Assembly (NCBI RefSeq): GCF_006345805.1
Contig: NC_043007.1
Location: 35,526,001 to 35,590,000 of the forward strand
Length of the DNA stretch: 64,000 bases
Direction of reading: 5' to 3'
From: Octopus sinensis
Lineage: Eukaryota
Shown: one piece after another, positions 1 to 11,208 of the stretch
How the letters are laid out: each line of letters opens with the position of its first letter
Position numbering within the stretch: the first letter of the stretch is position 1
Translations under genes and position numbers: made by a program
The notes under the pieces: model-generated
Told to the model about the DNA's origin: nothing
Databases searched by the model: none
What the model saw: only the letters and a program-made list of their open reading frames with translations

Positions 1-200
1 CACGGCTCATACACTCCTTTCCATACACTTTCTGCAACATTGTGTAGGCCTCTGAGCACGTATCGCCATGAGAACTTTCTCTGTCATGGTCAATGCGACG
101 ATCATACGCTACACACGTTCCTTCCAAGCATTGCTGTAAACAGCAGAAGTGAGTTAGAACGTTAAAACTTAGTGCGCATGCACAGCATAGTTCTAGGTTA
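1..200 (-). mobile_element. 5' fragment of a decayed mariner transposase (N-terminal HTH), running off the window start
   Basis: The reverse strand reads MTEKV (ATG at 87-85), then a deletion, then GDTCSEAYTMLQKVYGKECMSR, which matches the mariner N-terminal KLGxxxxExxxMLQKxYGxECMSR pattern. Confidence 0.75.
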
Positions 201-1153
201 ATCTTTGCCAAGTGACATTACTCTGCGTGCTTTAGCTTTGTTAGTATGGCAACAATCCGGATACTTATTGACGAGGCCTCGTATAGATCAACAAAATTCA
301 ATTTTTTTCTTGTCCCGAAGACGAACTGGGATTTTTACAAAGATTACAAAACATTTAATGACCTGTAGAGGCACCGTATTTCGTTATGCAACCAGGGACA
401 CCGTATTCCGTTATGCAACCATTATATACTTCAAAGTATATTAAAAGCTTTATAAGTAAAAAATGTGTTCTACTGTGTTAGCAGTGCTATTAAATCACTT
501 GTTAAGTGTATCTCTACAAATCATAGCTGGCTATGGTTTCTATAGAAAATTTGTAGAGAAAACTTTAACAAAAAAATTTATTTCCAAAAATTATAATTAT
601 TGCCATTATTCTTTTAGCTCAGCTTTTGTTGTAACTCCTGGAGTTTTTGCATACGTAGTGTACTTCCTACCTTCAGCCTACGGTAATATACTATCTGTTC
701 TTTTCAACAATCTAATACTTTCCAGATGATTCTGTATGGTAATGTTACAAGTCTTGCATCAGACTAATAGAAAAAAAATATATGACATTCTATGACAATT
801 ATTGCATCACCCTAATAAAAAGAAAAGAATATGACATACCACATGACAATTATTGCATCAGCCATATGCGCATGGTATATTGCAAAAGACTTTTTGGGGG
901 GAATTGTTGTATTATCAGTAAACTGAAATCGAGAAGTAATTGGTTTAATATGTTATTGCTTCATCGAATATTGTGGATTGTGTTAACACTACATTTAACT
1001 ATTTAAAATGACTTGCAATTACATGAAAAAAAAAAGCAAAAAAAGCTAACCTGAAGATTTTGTTACGTCTGCAGAAATTCACTCCTAAGTAGAAAATGTA
1101 AAATTAACACAGTAATAAGAAAATCGTGGCCATCTATATTTTGTTTGCGTGTT

Positions 1154-1386
1154 AAGGCGGCGAGCTGGCAGAAACATTAGCACGCCGGGCGAAATGCGTA
1201 GCCGTATTTCGTCTGCCGTTACGTTCTGAGTTCAAATTCCGCCGAGGTCTACTTTGCCTTTCATCCTTTCGGGGGCGATTAAATGAGTACCAGTTACGCA
1301 CTGGGGTCGATATAATCGACTTAATCCGTTTGTCTGTCCTTGTTTGTCCTCTCTGTGTTTAGCCCCTTGTTGGTAGTAAAGAAATA
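1154..1386 (+). mobile_element. SINE family A (tRNA-like head, Meta-domain-like core), full length
   Basis: A-box-like TGGCAGAAACATTAG, B-box-like GAGTTCAAATTCC, core CTTTGCCTTTCATCCTTTCGGGG...AGTACCAG and tail AAAGAAATA. 13-bp TSD tatattttgtttg at 1135-1147 and 1387-1399. Confidence 0.9.
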
Positions 1387-2129
1387 TATATTTTGTTTGT
1401 AAGTACAGTTTAGCTGAATATCTAAGAAATAAGTTTGTTTTGCAGGCATGAGGTCCGGGTTCGATCCTGCAATATAGCATCACAAGCGAATGTCATTTTT
1501 TACAGCCTCAGGTGGATGCAAACCCTGTGAGACGAAAACTGGGCAGGCGGAAGTTGTTTAAATGTCCATCAGGTAAATTGCACTTGTAACTCAAATGTAA
1601 TAGCCATGTCTTATACTGTATCACACTGAATATGTCTGAGAATTATGCTAAGTTTACACGTGTCTGTTGAATGCCCAGTCACTGACACATTAATTCAGGA
1701 GCAGGTAATTCAGTTGATCGAATAACTGAATCCTCATCGTAAAAACGACGGAGATCCACCATATTTTGCTGACAAAATAGTCAAGATAAGAGACACCCGC
1801 TCCTTCAAATTTATTACGACTATTCTTTTCAGAGAGTTTTAAAATGTCGATAAATGGTTTGCTGAGGTTCCAGCCTTTTATAACACTTATGGCATGAAGA
1901 CAATTCAAAGATCACAACAATGTCTGCTGTTTCTGCTAAAAAGTAGAATTCAAAAATAAAAAGAATACATTATTTTAATCGCCAGTTCTATGGCTACCCC
2001 ATATGGTGATGGAATTTTCATTCTATAGACCCCCTCAAAGATATGTCCTATCTTCAGATTCAGTAAACGAGGAGCGTTAGGTGTCTCGTAATCCGTGTTT
2101 TTTTAAGTGAATCTATAGAGCTATGTAAG

Positions 2130-2428
2130 TGGAGGCACATGGCCTAGTGGTTAGAGCAGTAGACTCGCGGTCGAGGGATCGCGGGTTCGAATCTCAGACC
2201 GGGTGATGTGTGTATTTATGAGCGAAACACCTAAACTCACGTGGCTCCGGCAGAAGGTAATGGCGAACTTCTGCTGACTCTATCGCCACAACTTTCTCTC
2301 ACTCTTTCTTCCTGCATCTTGCAGCTCACCAGCGACGGACCGGCGTCCAGTCCAGGTGGGGAACCTATATGCCAAGGAAACCGGGAAACCGGCCCTTATG
2401 AGCCAGGTGTGGCTCGATAAGGAACACA
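2130..2428 (+). mobile_element. SINE family B1 (tRNA-Arg-like head, resembles octopus OR-type SINEs)
   Basis: GGAGGCACATGGCCTAGTGGTTAGAGCAG...GACTCGCGGTC...GGTTCGAATC head; near-identical copies at 24808 and 53123. Confidence 0.85.
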
Positions 2429-2621
2429 CAAATATAGAGCTATATAAACTTCTTTAAGATAAATCAAATGATTTTGTAAGAGAGCTAAATTGATCAAAAG
2501 TTAAAGCAGAACTTCAAAGTTCAAGGCTAAAGCAATATAATCTACTTGCTTACACACGATCATATTTATGGTCTCGTGGAACGTATCAACTCAAATCACA
2601 ATCCAACCGAAAGAAGACTCT

Positions 2622-3045
2622 CTTTTACTCTTTTACTCTTTTACTTGTTTCAGTCATTTGTCTGCGGCCATGCTGGAGCACCACCTTTAGTCGAGCAAAT
2701 CGACCCCGGGACTTATTCTTTGTAAGCCCAGTACTTATTCTATCGGTCTCTTTTTGCCGAACCGCTAAGTGACAGGGACATAAACACACCAGCATCGGTT
2801 GTCAAGCAATGCTAGGGGGACAAACACACATACAAAAAAACACTCACACACATACACATATATATATACATATATACGACAGGCTTCTTTCAGTTTCCGT
2901 CTACCAAATCCACTCACAAGGCATTGGTCAGCCCGGGGCTATAGTAGAAGACACTTGCCCAAGATGCCACGCAGTGGGACTGAACCCGGAACCATATGGT
3001 TGGTTAGCAAGCTACTTACCACACAGCCACTCCTGCGACTATTCG
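2622..3045 (-). mobile_element. SINE family C (tRNA head, CORE-like GCACCTTGGGCAAGTGTCTT, internal TA/TG microsatellite)
   Basis: Matches about 20 other copies in the window; tail (AGTAAAAG)n on the element strand. Confidence 0.9.
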
Positions 3046-3254
3046 TAGATTCTTCAAAACTTAGTTGAAAATGCAGTTTCAGTCACATTAGTATTTTGTT
3101 GCCATGAATTCCTATAGGATGTCCTGCTTTTATGAAAGAAACGCGAAAATAATAAGCAATTTGTGGTATTCTATGAATTATGATAATCATCAATGGATAT
3201 TTGAAATGAATTGAAAGTTGTAGGGTTTTTGTTTGGACTGCAATCTGAAAGAGA

Positions 3255-3595
3255 GAGAGAGAGACCCCCTTCGGTCATGACTGAAGGGGGTCACCTAAAA
3301 AGTTACCCTTCCAGGCACAAGTCCGGGCAAGGTTGTTTATGGAAGACCAGCAGTCGCCTATGCATACCAGTCTCCCCTCTCCACACCACTGATGTTATCC
3401 AAGGGAAAGGCAAAGGGGCCGATACAGCTTGGCACCCGTGACGTCGCAACTCATTTCTACAGCTAAGTGGACCGGAGCAGCGTGAAGTAAAGCGTCTTGC
3501 TCAAGAACACAACATGCAGCCCTGTCTAGGATTTCGAACTCACAACCTCACAATCGTTAGCTCGACGCTCTAACCACTGAGCCATGCGCCTTCAC
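3255..3595 (-). mobile_element. SINE family D (tRNA head, GTGTTCTTGAGCAAGAC core)
   Basis: Reverse strand GAAGGCGCATGGCTCAGTGGTTAGAGCG...GAGTTCGAAATCC; homologous to the outer parts of 29905-30478. Confidence 0.8.
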
Positions 3596-3800
3596 GGACT
3601 GCAATCTGGTTCTACAAAATACTGCTGCGTTTTATTTGAATAGAACAGTTGCGCTAGGGATTCAAATCAGATCCAGATAGAATAGCCTAAAATAAAATGT
3701 CTTGAACTTATTTTGAGCTGTTGATGAGCTTACGGCTGTCTTTAAAAAGATTTGCACATATGTTAGTATTTTTCCCCAAAAAACACACATTCTTCTACTC

Positions 3801-4190
3801 TTTTAAGAAGCACTCCGTCGGTTACGACGTTGAGGGTTCCGGTTGATCCGAATCAACGGAACAGCCTGCTCGTGAAATTAACGTGTAAGTGGCTGAGCAC
3901 TCCACAGACACGTGCACCCTTAACGTAGTTCTCGGGGATATTCAGCGTGACACAGAGAGTGACAATGCCGACCCTTTGAAATACAGGTACAACAGAAACA
4001 GGAAGTAAGGGTGAGAGAAAGTTGTGGCGAAAGAGTACAGCAGGGATCACCACCATCCCCTGCCGGAGCGTCGTGGAGCTTTTAGGTGTTTTCGCTCAAT
4101 AAACACTCACAACGCCCGGTTTGGGAATCGAAACCGCGATCCTATGACCGCGAGTCCGCTGCCCTAACCACTGGGCCATTGCGCCTCCAC
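3801..4190 (-). mobile_element. SINE family B2, full length
   Basis: Near-identical to 9785-10170 and 42563-42950; flanked by the direct repeat tcttctactc at 3791-3800 and 4191-4200. Confidence 0.9.
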
Positions 4191-4880
4191 TCTTCTACTC
4201 TACCATACTTTTTGTGTCTTACTTCTTAAACCTTCGTTATTAAATTTAGTTATGTTACTCTCAAAATTAATTCCTAAACCCATGTTTCCCTTTTCTGTCT
4301 GTCCTTAAAATCCCTACCTCCATTCTTTACTTTCATTATAATAGTTCTCCTCATATTTATTCACTTAAACCTGTACCTTAGCAACTACGTAAACACTGAA
4401 ATATAATCAATTACTCCGTTTTATTTACTTACATTTCAAGTAATTATATTCTTTCTATATTTTTTTTACTTATTCTTGCTATTCCCAATTATATTTTCAT
4501 ATTAGGATCTTCCTTTTTATCTTATTTTATCGATCGTTATTTCCTTTTACCTCCAATATCTTTTCTTACTTCATCCAATTATTTTAATTTTTTTTTTTTC
4601 TGAATCGTTTTAACGCTTGATAAAAACTGTATAATTCTTTCTTTTTCCTTTTTCTTTATCGTTCGAAATTTACCCAATATAACACTTCAGCACTTCAGGT
4701 TATGTACCGAACCAATACACTACTCAAAATAGAATGGCACATTCATCCATCTTCACAATATTCCTCTCAATTCCAATTTTTTCAATTTAATTGCTTTTAG
4801 TTATTTTGAAAAGAAAAAGTTCAATCCCCATTAAATGTTCTCCTTCTTTCTACTAATTCTATCCTTCATAAAATTCTCCC

Positions 4881-4912
<32 letters not shown>

Positions 4913-5379
4913 ACATATGTATGTATGCGTGTGTGTGTGTATGTCTATGTATTATTTATACATACATGGATGGATGTATATATCAGGCTGAGTAAAAAGT
5001 AAGCAACGTTTTGAAACATGAAATAGATCACTATATATTTCAACAATGCGAAAATTTTATAAACTGGGATTTTCAGAAAGGGAAATAGACAGGATGATTC
5101 GTACATTACAAGTCCAATCTGTGAGTGGAAAAGTAGAAATATGCAAGACTTTTCTCAAGTTCAAAACGTGAATTTGTTTGTGTTAACTACATCCCAAAGA
5201 TGGAGCCGTGTATCTTTGTTGGAAACCGGCTCCCTCCTCAGTGGAAGATTTATAATAAAAAAAAAAAGACTTGTCATACATACATCCATACATACTTATA
5301 TATAGAGACTTATAAAACAAATAGGGAGACTGATATTAGAATATCAAGACCGGTCTATATTCTGCTACTGTTATCCTGA

Positions 5380-5640
5380 AGGAACACCTATGAACTGTTC
5401 GCAAAGCCCGCGGCAATAATACAACCTATAAAAAGCAACCTAGATAGGTAATGGCTCTAGAAGGATGCATAAGAATTTTATGCCGCAGAACAGCACAGTT
5501 AAATGCCATTATAAAGTGTAGAGCAAGTGATACGTTTGAGACACTCCAACAACTCCTGAGAAAACTAACAAAAATGTGCTGAAATTCTACTCCAAACCTC
5601 GAAAGAAAATTAATAACCAAGAAACATAAGCTCAAGACTC
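5380..5640 (+). mobile_element. Possible decayed R4/Dong-like non-LTR fragment (region upstream of RT)
   Basis: Translation KKQPR*VMALEGCIRILCRRTAQLNAII...LITKKHKLK resembles the pre-RT region of this clade; weak similarity only. Confidence 0.4.
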
Positions 5641-5649
5641 AGAGCGAAA

Positions 5650-6045
5650 AATTCTAGTAGCTTGCTTACCAACCACATGGTTCCGGGTTCAGTCCCACTG
5701 CGTGGCACCTTGGGCAAGTGTCTTCTACTATAGCTTCGGGCTGACCAAAGCCTTGTGAGTGGATTTGGTAGACGGAAACTGAAAGAAGCCCGTCGTATAT
5801 ATGTATATATATATATATATGTATGTGTGTGTATATGTTTGTGTGTCTGTGTTTGTCCCTCCAACATCGCTTGACAACCGATGCTGGTGTGTTTACGTCC
5901 CCGTAACTTAGCGGTTCGGCAATAGAGACCGATAGAATAAGTACGAGGCTTACAAAGAATAAGTCCTGGGGTCGATTTGCTCGACTAAAGGCGATGCTCC
6001 AGCATATCCACAGTCACATGACTGAAACAAATAAAAGAGTAAAAG
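5650..6045 (+). mobile_element. SINE family C, 5'-clipped
   Basis: Family C body with internal (TA)n and AGTAAAAG tail. Confidence 0.9.
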
Positions 6046-6131
6046 AGTATAGTTTATACTGGCTATACATACACACACACACACACAACACACACACACA
6101 CATACGTACATATATATGTACACACACATAC

Positions 6132-6174
<43 letters not shown>

Positions 6175-6249
6175 CACACACATATACATACACATATACA
6201 CACGCTCACAAAGACGTATTTCGACAATCTTCACAGCAGACGGCACATT

Positions 6250-6800
6250 TATTTTTCTCCATACGTCATCAATTCTTAGATCTTAGCAGCGAATCTAGTT
6301 ACATAATGTAGTTTTCTCAGAAGTGCAATTCCTTTCATCGTAAATGCTTCTGCTGTGACATCTCTGTAATTTCTCAGTAAGTCTCAAAACATCGTCTGCG
6401 GTGATCAATACTACTTTTCGTAGATCCAATTGGTTATCAATATAGAAAGCGGTTTATCTCCGTGTCAATTGAATTACTATCACATACTGAATCTATCTCG
6501 TTTGCTACAAGCGTTGGCTTGCAACTCTTGGTTTTAGCCGAACGAAATTTGATATATAAAAATCAATAGTTTTACTAACTGAAAATATCGCTATTTTCAT
6601 CTACATTTAACATGTGATAAGTCTTGTGGTTATCACACATAAAACACATTGGTAAAACGATACGGTTTAATGCATTCAGCATTAAAAAAAAATACAAACA
6701 TTTTATTTTTCTTAGCGACAAGTTTTCTGAAGGTGTTACATACGATCGTAGAAAATGCAACGACAAACTCTTTAGAAAATCCATGAGAATGACAAATGAC
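6250..6800 (-). mobile_element. Decayed hAT-like transposase fragment
   Basis: Reverse-strand segments YHMLNVDENSDIFS (cf. hAT ALDESTDI) and, downstream, IDNQLDLRKVVLITADD (cf. LDxxKLVSITTDGA), in the expected order. Confidence 0.45.
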
Positions 6801-7224
6801 CAATATTGTCACTCAAGATAATTGTAAATAGCAAAACTGATAGAGCAATGAACAAATTTCTCTTGGGGTCTTCAGGCACTTTTTGTGGAAGTTAAGTTCG
6901 AATCCCACTGAGGTCCGCTTTGCTTTTCGTCCGTCCAAGGTCGATAAAATAAGTATCTGTCAATTTGTACTGCGATCGATTGCATCTTCTCAATCTGCTT
7001 CTCAGAATCTGTGGCATTGTGAATATCTGACAAATCAGTGTTGTCAATAATCGATATTTTCATTTGATTTCGTTGCTTGAATACGTTCACTTACTTTCAT
7101 CTTGGTTTTCTAGCAGAATTTCATTGGATTACTGATTTAGTCGACTGCTTTACGAAATTATTCTTTATCTGATATAATTCTTTCAAGTGGACATTTTGAT
7201 TGCAATGTCACTTTATGCAGTACC

Positions 7225-7630
7225 TACTCACATACACACTCATACGTGCATACATACATACGTACATACATACATACATACATACATACATACATACATA
7301 ATACATACATACATACATACATACATACATACATACATACGTACGTACGTACGTATGTACACACATACATACATGCATACATACATGCATGCATACATAC
7401 ATACATGCCTACATACATCCTACATACATGCCTACATACATGCATACTTACATACATGCATACATGCATGCATACATGCATACATACATACATACATACA
7501 AACATACGTATATACATACATACATGCGTACGTCCGTACGTATGTACATACATATATACATGCATGCATACATACATACATACATACATACATACATACA
7601 TACATACATACATACATACATACATACGTA
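7225..7630. repeat. (ACAT)n/(GCAT)n/(ACGT)n compound tetranucleotide microsatellite
   Basis: Seen directly; explains the HTYI/MYVC ORFs. Confidence 0.98.
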
Positions 7631-7834
7631 TGATGTTAACTATATACCTTCTTATCAAAAAGAAAGGTACTAAATTCGACTTCTCTGTATTACAGAGATC
7701 TATATTTCTATCCTCACCAAAAGGCACGCCCCGGTCCCTAACAGACATGTGTGCTATCTCCCGTTCCTCTCCCTTTTCCATCGCTACAGTTTTATATAGC
7801 CCATGTTCCTCGAAGCTGTCTAGTATCATACCTA

Positions 7835-8060
7835 TTTCTTTATTACCCACAAGGGGCTAAACACAGAGGCGACAAACAAGGACAGACATAGGTATTAAGT
7901 CGATTACATCGACCCCAGTGCGTAACTGGTACTTAATTTATCGACCCCGAAAGGATGAAAGGCAAAGTCGACCTCAGCGGAATTTGAACTCAGAACGTAA
8001 CGCAGACGAAATACCGCTAAGCATTTCGCCCGGCGTGCTAACGTTTCTGCCAGCTCGCCG
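7835..8060 (-). mobile_element. SINE family A, full length
   Basis: TSD of about 19 bp, ctgtctagtatcataccta, at about 7817 and 8061. Confidence 0.92.
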
Positions 8061-8471
8061 CTGTCTAGTATCATACCTACTTCACTCAAGTAGCCTCGAC
8101 CTACTCCTCTCTGCACCTCTCGTTATTCTTGTTGGGCCTAACCCCTCTCAATACCCAGCACTAGCCACTATGTCAATTCTTTACTCCCTAAACTATCTTA
8201 CTCTTGGAATTGTCTTTTTGTTTATGTCATTTCTGCAGGTGTCAGTCGACAGCGATTTAAACAGAACATAAACAGAACAGTCTTGGCAGGCTCTTCTTCC
8301 AGACTCAGCAACAAGAGGCCATTTTAGTTAGTTATGTATACTACTAGCTTCCCAAGTCTTTTAATCTCATTCTATTACATTTCTGGACCGTATTTCCCAA
8401 GCATACAAGTCGACGCAGTATAAAGCGTAGACATATAGTGTATACATTCAGATATCACCACTATCTCTCCA

Positions 8472-8704
8472 CTTTGCCTTTCATCCTTTCGGGGTCGATA
8501 AATTAAGTACCTATTTCTTTATTACCCACAAGGGGCTAAACACAGAGGGGACAAACAAGGACAGACATAGGTATTAAGTCGATTACATCGACCCCAGTGC
8601 GTAACTGGTACTTAATTTATCGACCCCGAAAGGATGAAAGGCAAAGTCGACCTCGGCGGAATTTGAACTCACAACGTAAGTACCAGTTACGCACTGGGGT
8701 CGAT
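8472..8704. mobile_element. Family A fragment (+) interrupted by an inverted family A copy (-)
   Basis: The inner copy is flanked by taagtacc; the whole unit is flanked by a 48-bp direct repeat at 8424-8471 and 8705-8752. Confidence 0.85.
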
Positions 8705-8924
8705 AGCGTAGACATATAGTGTATACATTCAGATATCACCACTATCTCTCCATATCCTGCTGCAGTTTTGGTCCTCCAATTTTGTTTTGGTGTATAAGTC
8801 GACCTACCTTTTATAACTATAAATATTAGTTTGAAAAATTCGATTTGTATGCTGGAAAATACGGTAACTACAATAACTTGAACCCGCTTCTAACTTCTAG
8901 TTTCTTAATCTTATCAGAGCTTAG

Positions 8925-9355
8925 GGTGGTGAGCTGGCAAAATCGTTTGCACGCCGGGCAAAATGCTCAACGGTATTTTGTCTATCGCTTCTTTCTGTGC
9001 TCAAATTCTTATTTCTTTACTGCCCACAAGGGGCTAAACATAGAGGGAACAAACAAGGACAGACAGACGGATTAAGTCGGTTACATCGACCCCAGTGCGT
9101 AACTGGTACTTATTTAATCGACCCCGAAAGAATGAAAGACAAAGTCGACCTCGGCAGATATTTGAACTCAGAACATAGCGGCAGACGAAATACCGCAAAG
9201 CATTTCTGCCTTGCGCTCAAATCTGAGCTCAAATACTGCCGAGATCGACTTTGCCTTTCCTCTTTTCAGGGTCGCTAAAATAAGTATCAGTTGAACACTG
9301 GGGTCGATGTAATCTCCTTTCCTGAAACTGCTGGCCTTGTACTAAAATGTGAAAC
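8925..9355 (+). mobile_element. Older family A-type SINE with a younger inverted family A copy inside it (about 9008-9222)
   Basis: A diverged head at 8925 resumes at about 9225 (ctgagctcaaatactgccgagatcgactttgcc) after a reverse-strand copy. Confidence 0.8.
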
Positions 9356-9784
9356 CAATATCATCAGAGGTGTCTTGTATTAAGCTTTGTACAACCCAGT
9401 ATCTTACCAGGACTCATACTTAGAACATTTTCAGTTTCACACGCTAGAGATCAGATCTACTTCATTAATAATATATTATTAATACAATATTATAAGGATT
9501 ATAAACCACAACATTAAACCATTACCAATCTTCTATAAAAGATGTATCTCAAATGTCAAACAAGCTATAAATAATAGCTGATAATATATAGGATTAAGAA
9601 CTCCTGACACAGAAAAAAAGAAGTTGGAAAGTTACCTGTGAGACTTGAACCCATATCTACTGTAACCCAACGAATATGCGTAATTCGTGTCCCACGGTTA
9701 ACTTACCACTTTTATTCTCACGTCTTTCATCCCTCCGGAATCGATATATTAAGTACCAATCAAGCAGTGAGGTTAATACTGGAT

Positions 9785-10170
9785 GGAAGCACTCCGTCGG
9801 TTACGACGATGACGGTTCCGGTTGATCCGAATCAACGGAACAGCCTGCTCGTGAAATTAACGTGTAAGTGGCTGAGCACTCCACAGACACGTGCACCCTT
9901 AACGTAGTTCTCGGGGATATTCAGCGTGACACAGAGAGTGACAAGGCTGACCCTTTGAAATACAGGTACAACAGAAACAGGAAGTAAGAGTGAGAGAAAG
10001 TTGTGGTGAAAGAGTACAGCAGGGATCACCACTATCCCCTGCCGGAGCGTCGTGGAGCTTTTAGGTGTTTTCGCTCAATAAACACTCACAACGCCCGGTC
10101 TGGGAATCGAAACCGCGATCCTATGACCGCGAGTCCGCTGCCCTAACCACTGGGCCATTGCGCCTCCACC
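9785..10170 (-). mobile_element. SINE family B2, full length
   Basis: Near-identical to 3801-4190. Confidence 0.9.
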
Positions 10171-10247
10171 AATACTATCAACTAACTCCCTCCCATCAAA
10201 TTTGTTGCCTTGTACTTAAATTAGAAACAATTATCATTACCCGTACG

Positions 10248-11205
10248 TTAGGGCGGCGAGCTGGCAGAAACGTTAGCGCACCGGGCGAAATGCTTTGCGG
10301 TATTTCGTCTGCGTTACGTTGTGAGTACAAATTCCGCCGAGGTCGACTTTGCCTTTCATCCTTTCGGGGTCGATAAATTAAGTACCAGTTACGCACTAGG
10401 GTCGATGTAATCGACTTAATACCTATGTCTGTCTTTGTTTGTCCCCTCTGTGTTTAGCCCCTTGTAGGTAATAAAGAAATAGAAATAGGTATTTCGTCTG
10501 CCGTTACGTTCTGAGTTCAAATTCCGCCGAGGTCAACTTTGCCTTTCATCCTTTCGGGATCGATTAAATAAGTACCAGTTACGCACTGGGGTCGATATAA
10601 TCGACTTAATTCGTTTATCTGTCCTTGTTTGTCCCCTCTGTGTTTAGCCCCTTGTCGGTAGTAAAGAAATAGTTATTTCGTCTGCCGCTACGTTCTGAGT
10701 TCAAATTCCACCGAGATGACTTTGCCTTTCATCCTTTCGGTGTCGATTAAATAAGTACCAGTTACGCACTGGGGTCGATATAATCGACTTAATCCGTTTG
10801 TCTGTCCTTGTTTGTCCCTTCTGTGTTTAGCCCCTTGTGAGTAGTAAAGAAATAGGTATTTCGTCTGCCACTACGTTCTGAGTTCAAATTCCGCCGAGGT
10901 CTACTTTGCCTTTCATCCTTTCGGGGTCGAGTAAATAAGTACCGGTTACGCACTGGGGTCGATATAATCGACTTAATCCGTTTGTCTGTCCTTGTTTGTC
11001 CCTTCTGTGTTTAGCCCCTTGTGGATAGTAAAGAAATAGGTATTTCGTCCGTCTTTACGTTCTGAGTTCAAATTCCGCCGAGATCGACTTTGCCTTTCAT
11101 TCTTTGAAGATCAGTAAGTTAAGTACCAGTGAAACACTGGGTCGATATAATCGACTCAACTCCTTCCTTAAATGTCAAGCATTGTGCCTATTACAGAAAG
11201 GCTTA
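10248..11205 (+). mobile_element. Head-to-tail array of 5 family A SINE units
   Basis: One head, then bodies starting at about 10486, 10672, 10853 and 11039, each joined as aaagaaata|g(g/t)tatttcgtc. Confidence 0.92.
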
Positions 11206-11208
11206 TTA

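Noticed and set aside
1232-1483. Recurrent ORFs ending in [33 protein letters not shown] or MVVIPAVLFHHNF
   Set aside because: These are translations of SINE families A, C and B2. Similar database 'hypothetical proteins' would be annotation artefacts.
2130-2210. tRNA-like sequences at SINE heads (also 4110-4190, 24808, 53123)
   Set aside because: Only the A/B boxes and a partial cloverleaf are kept, and each continues into a SINE body, so they are not tRNA genes.
4200-4880. Pyrimidine-skewed AT-rich stretch resembling a decayed coding strand
   Set aside because: There are multiple stops in all frames and no diagnostic motif that I could identify.
7630-7850. Non-repetitive end of the 208-aa ORF (ILDSFEEHGLYKTVAMEKGEE...)
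   Set aside because: After removing the SINE, the frame hits a stop shortly upstream, and there is no recognisable homology.
7187-7860. Long ORFs of HTYI/MYVC repeats (also at 24.5, 26.4, 29.3, 31.5 and 58.5 kb)
   Set aside because: They are stop-free translations of tetranucleotide microsatellites, open in many frames on both strands.
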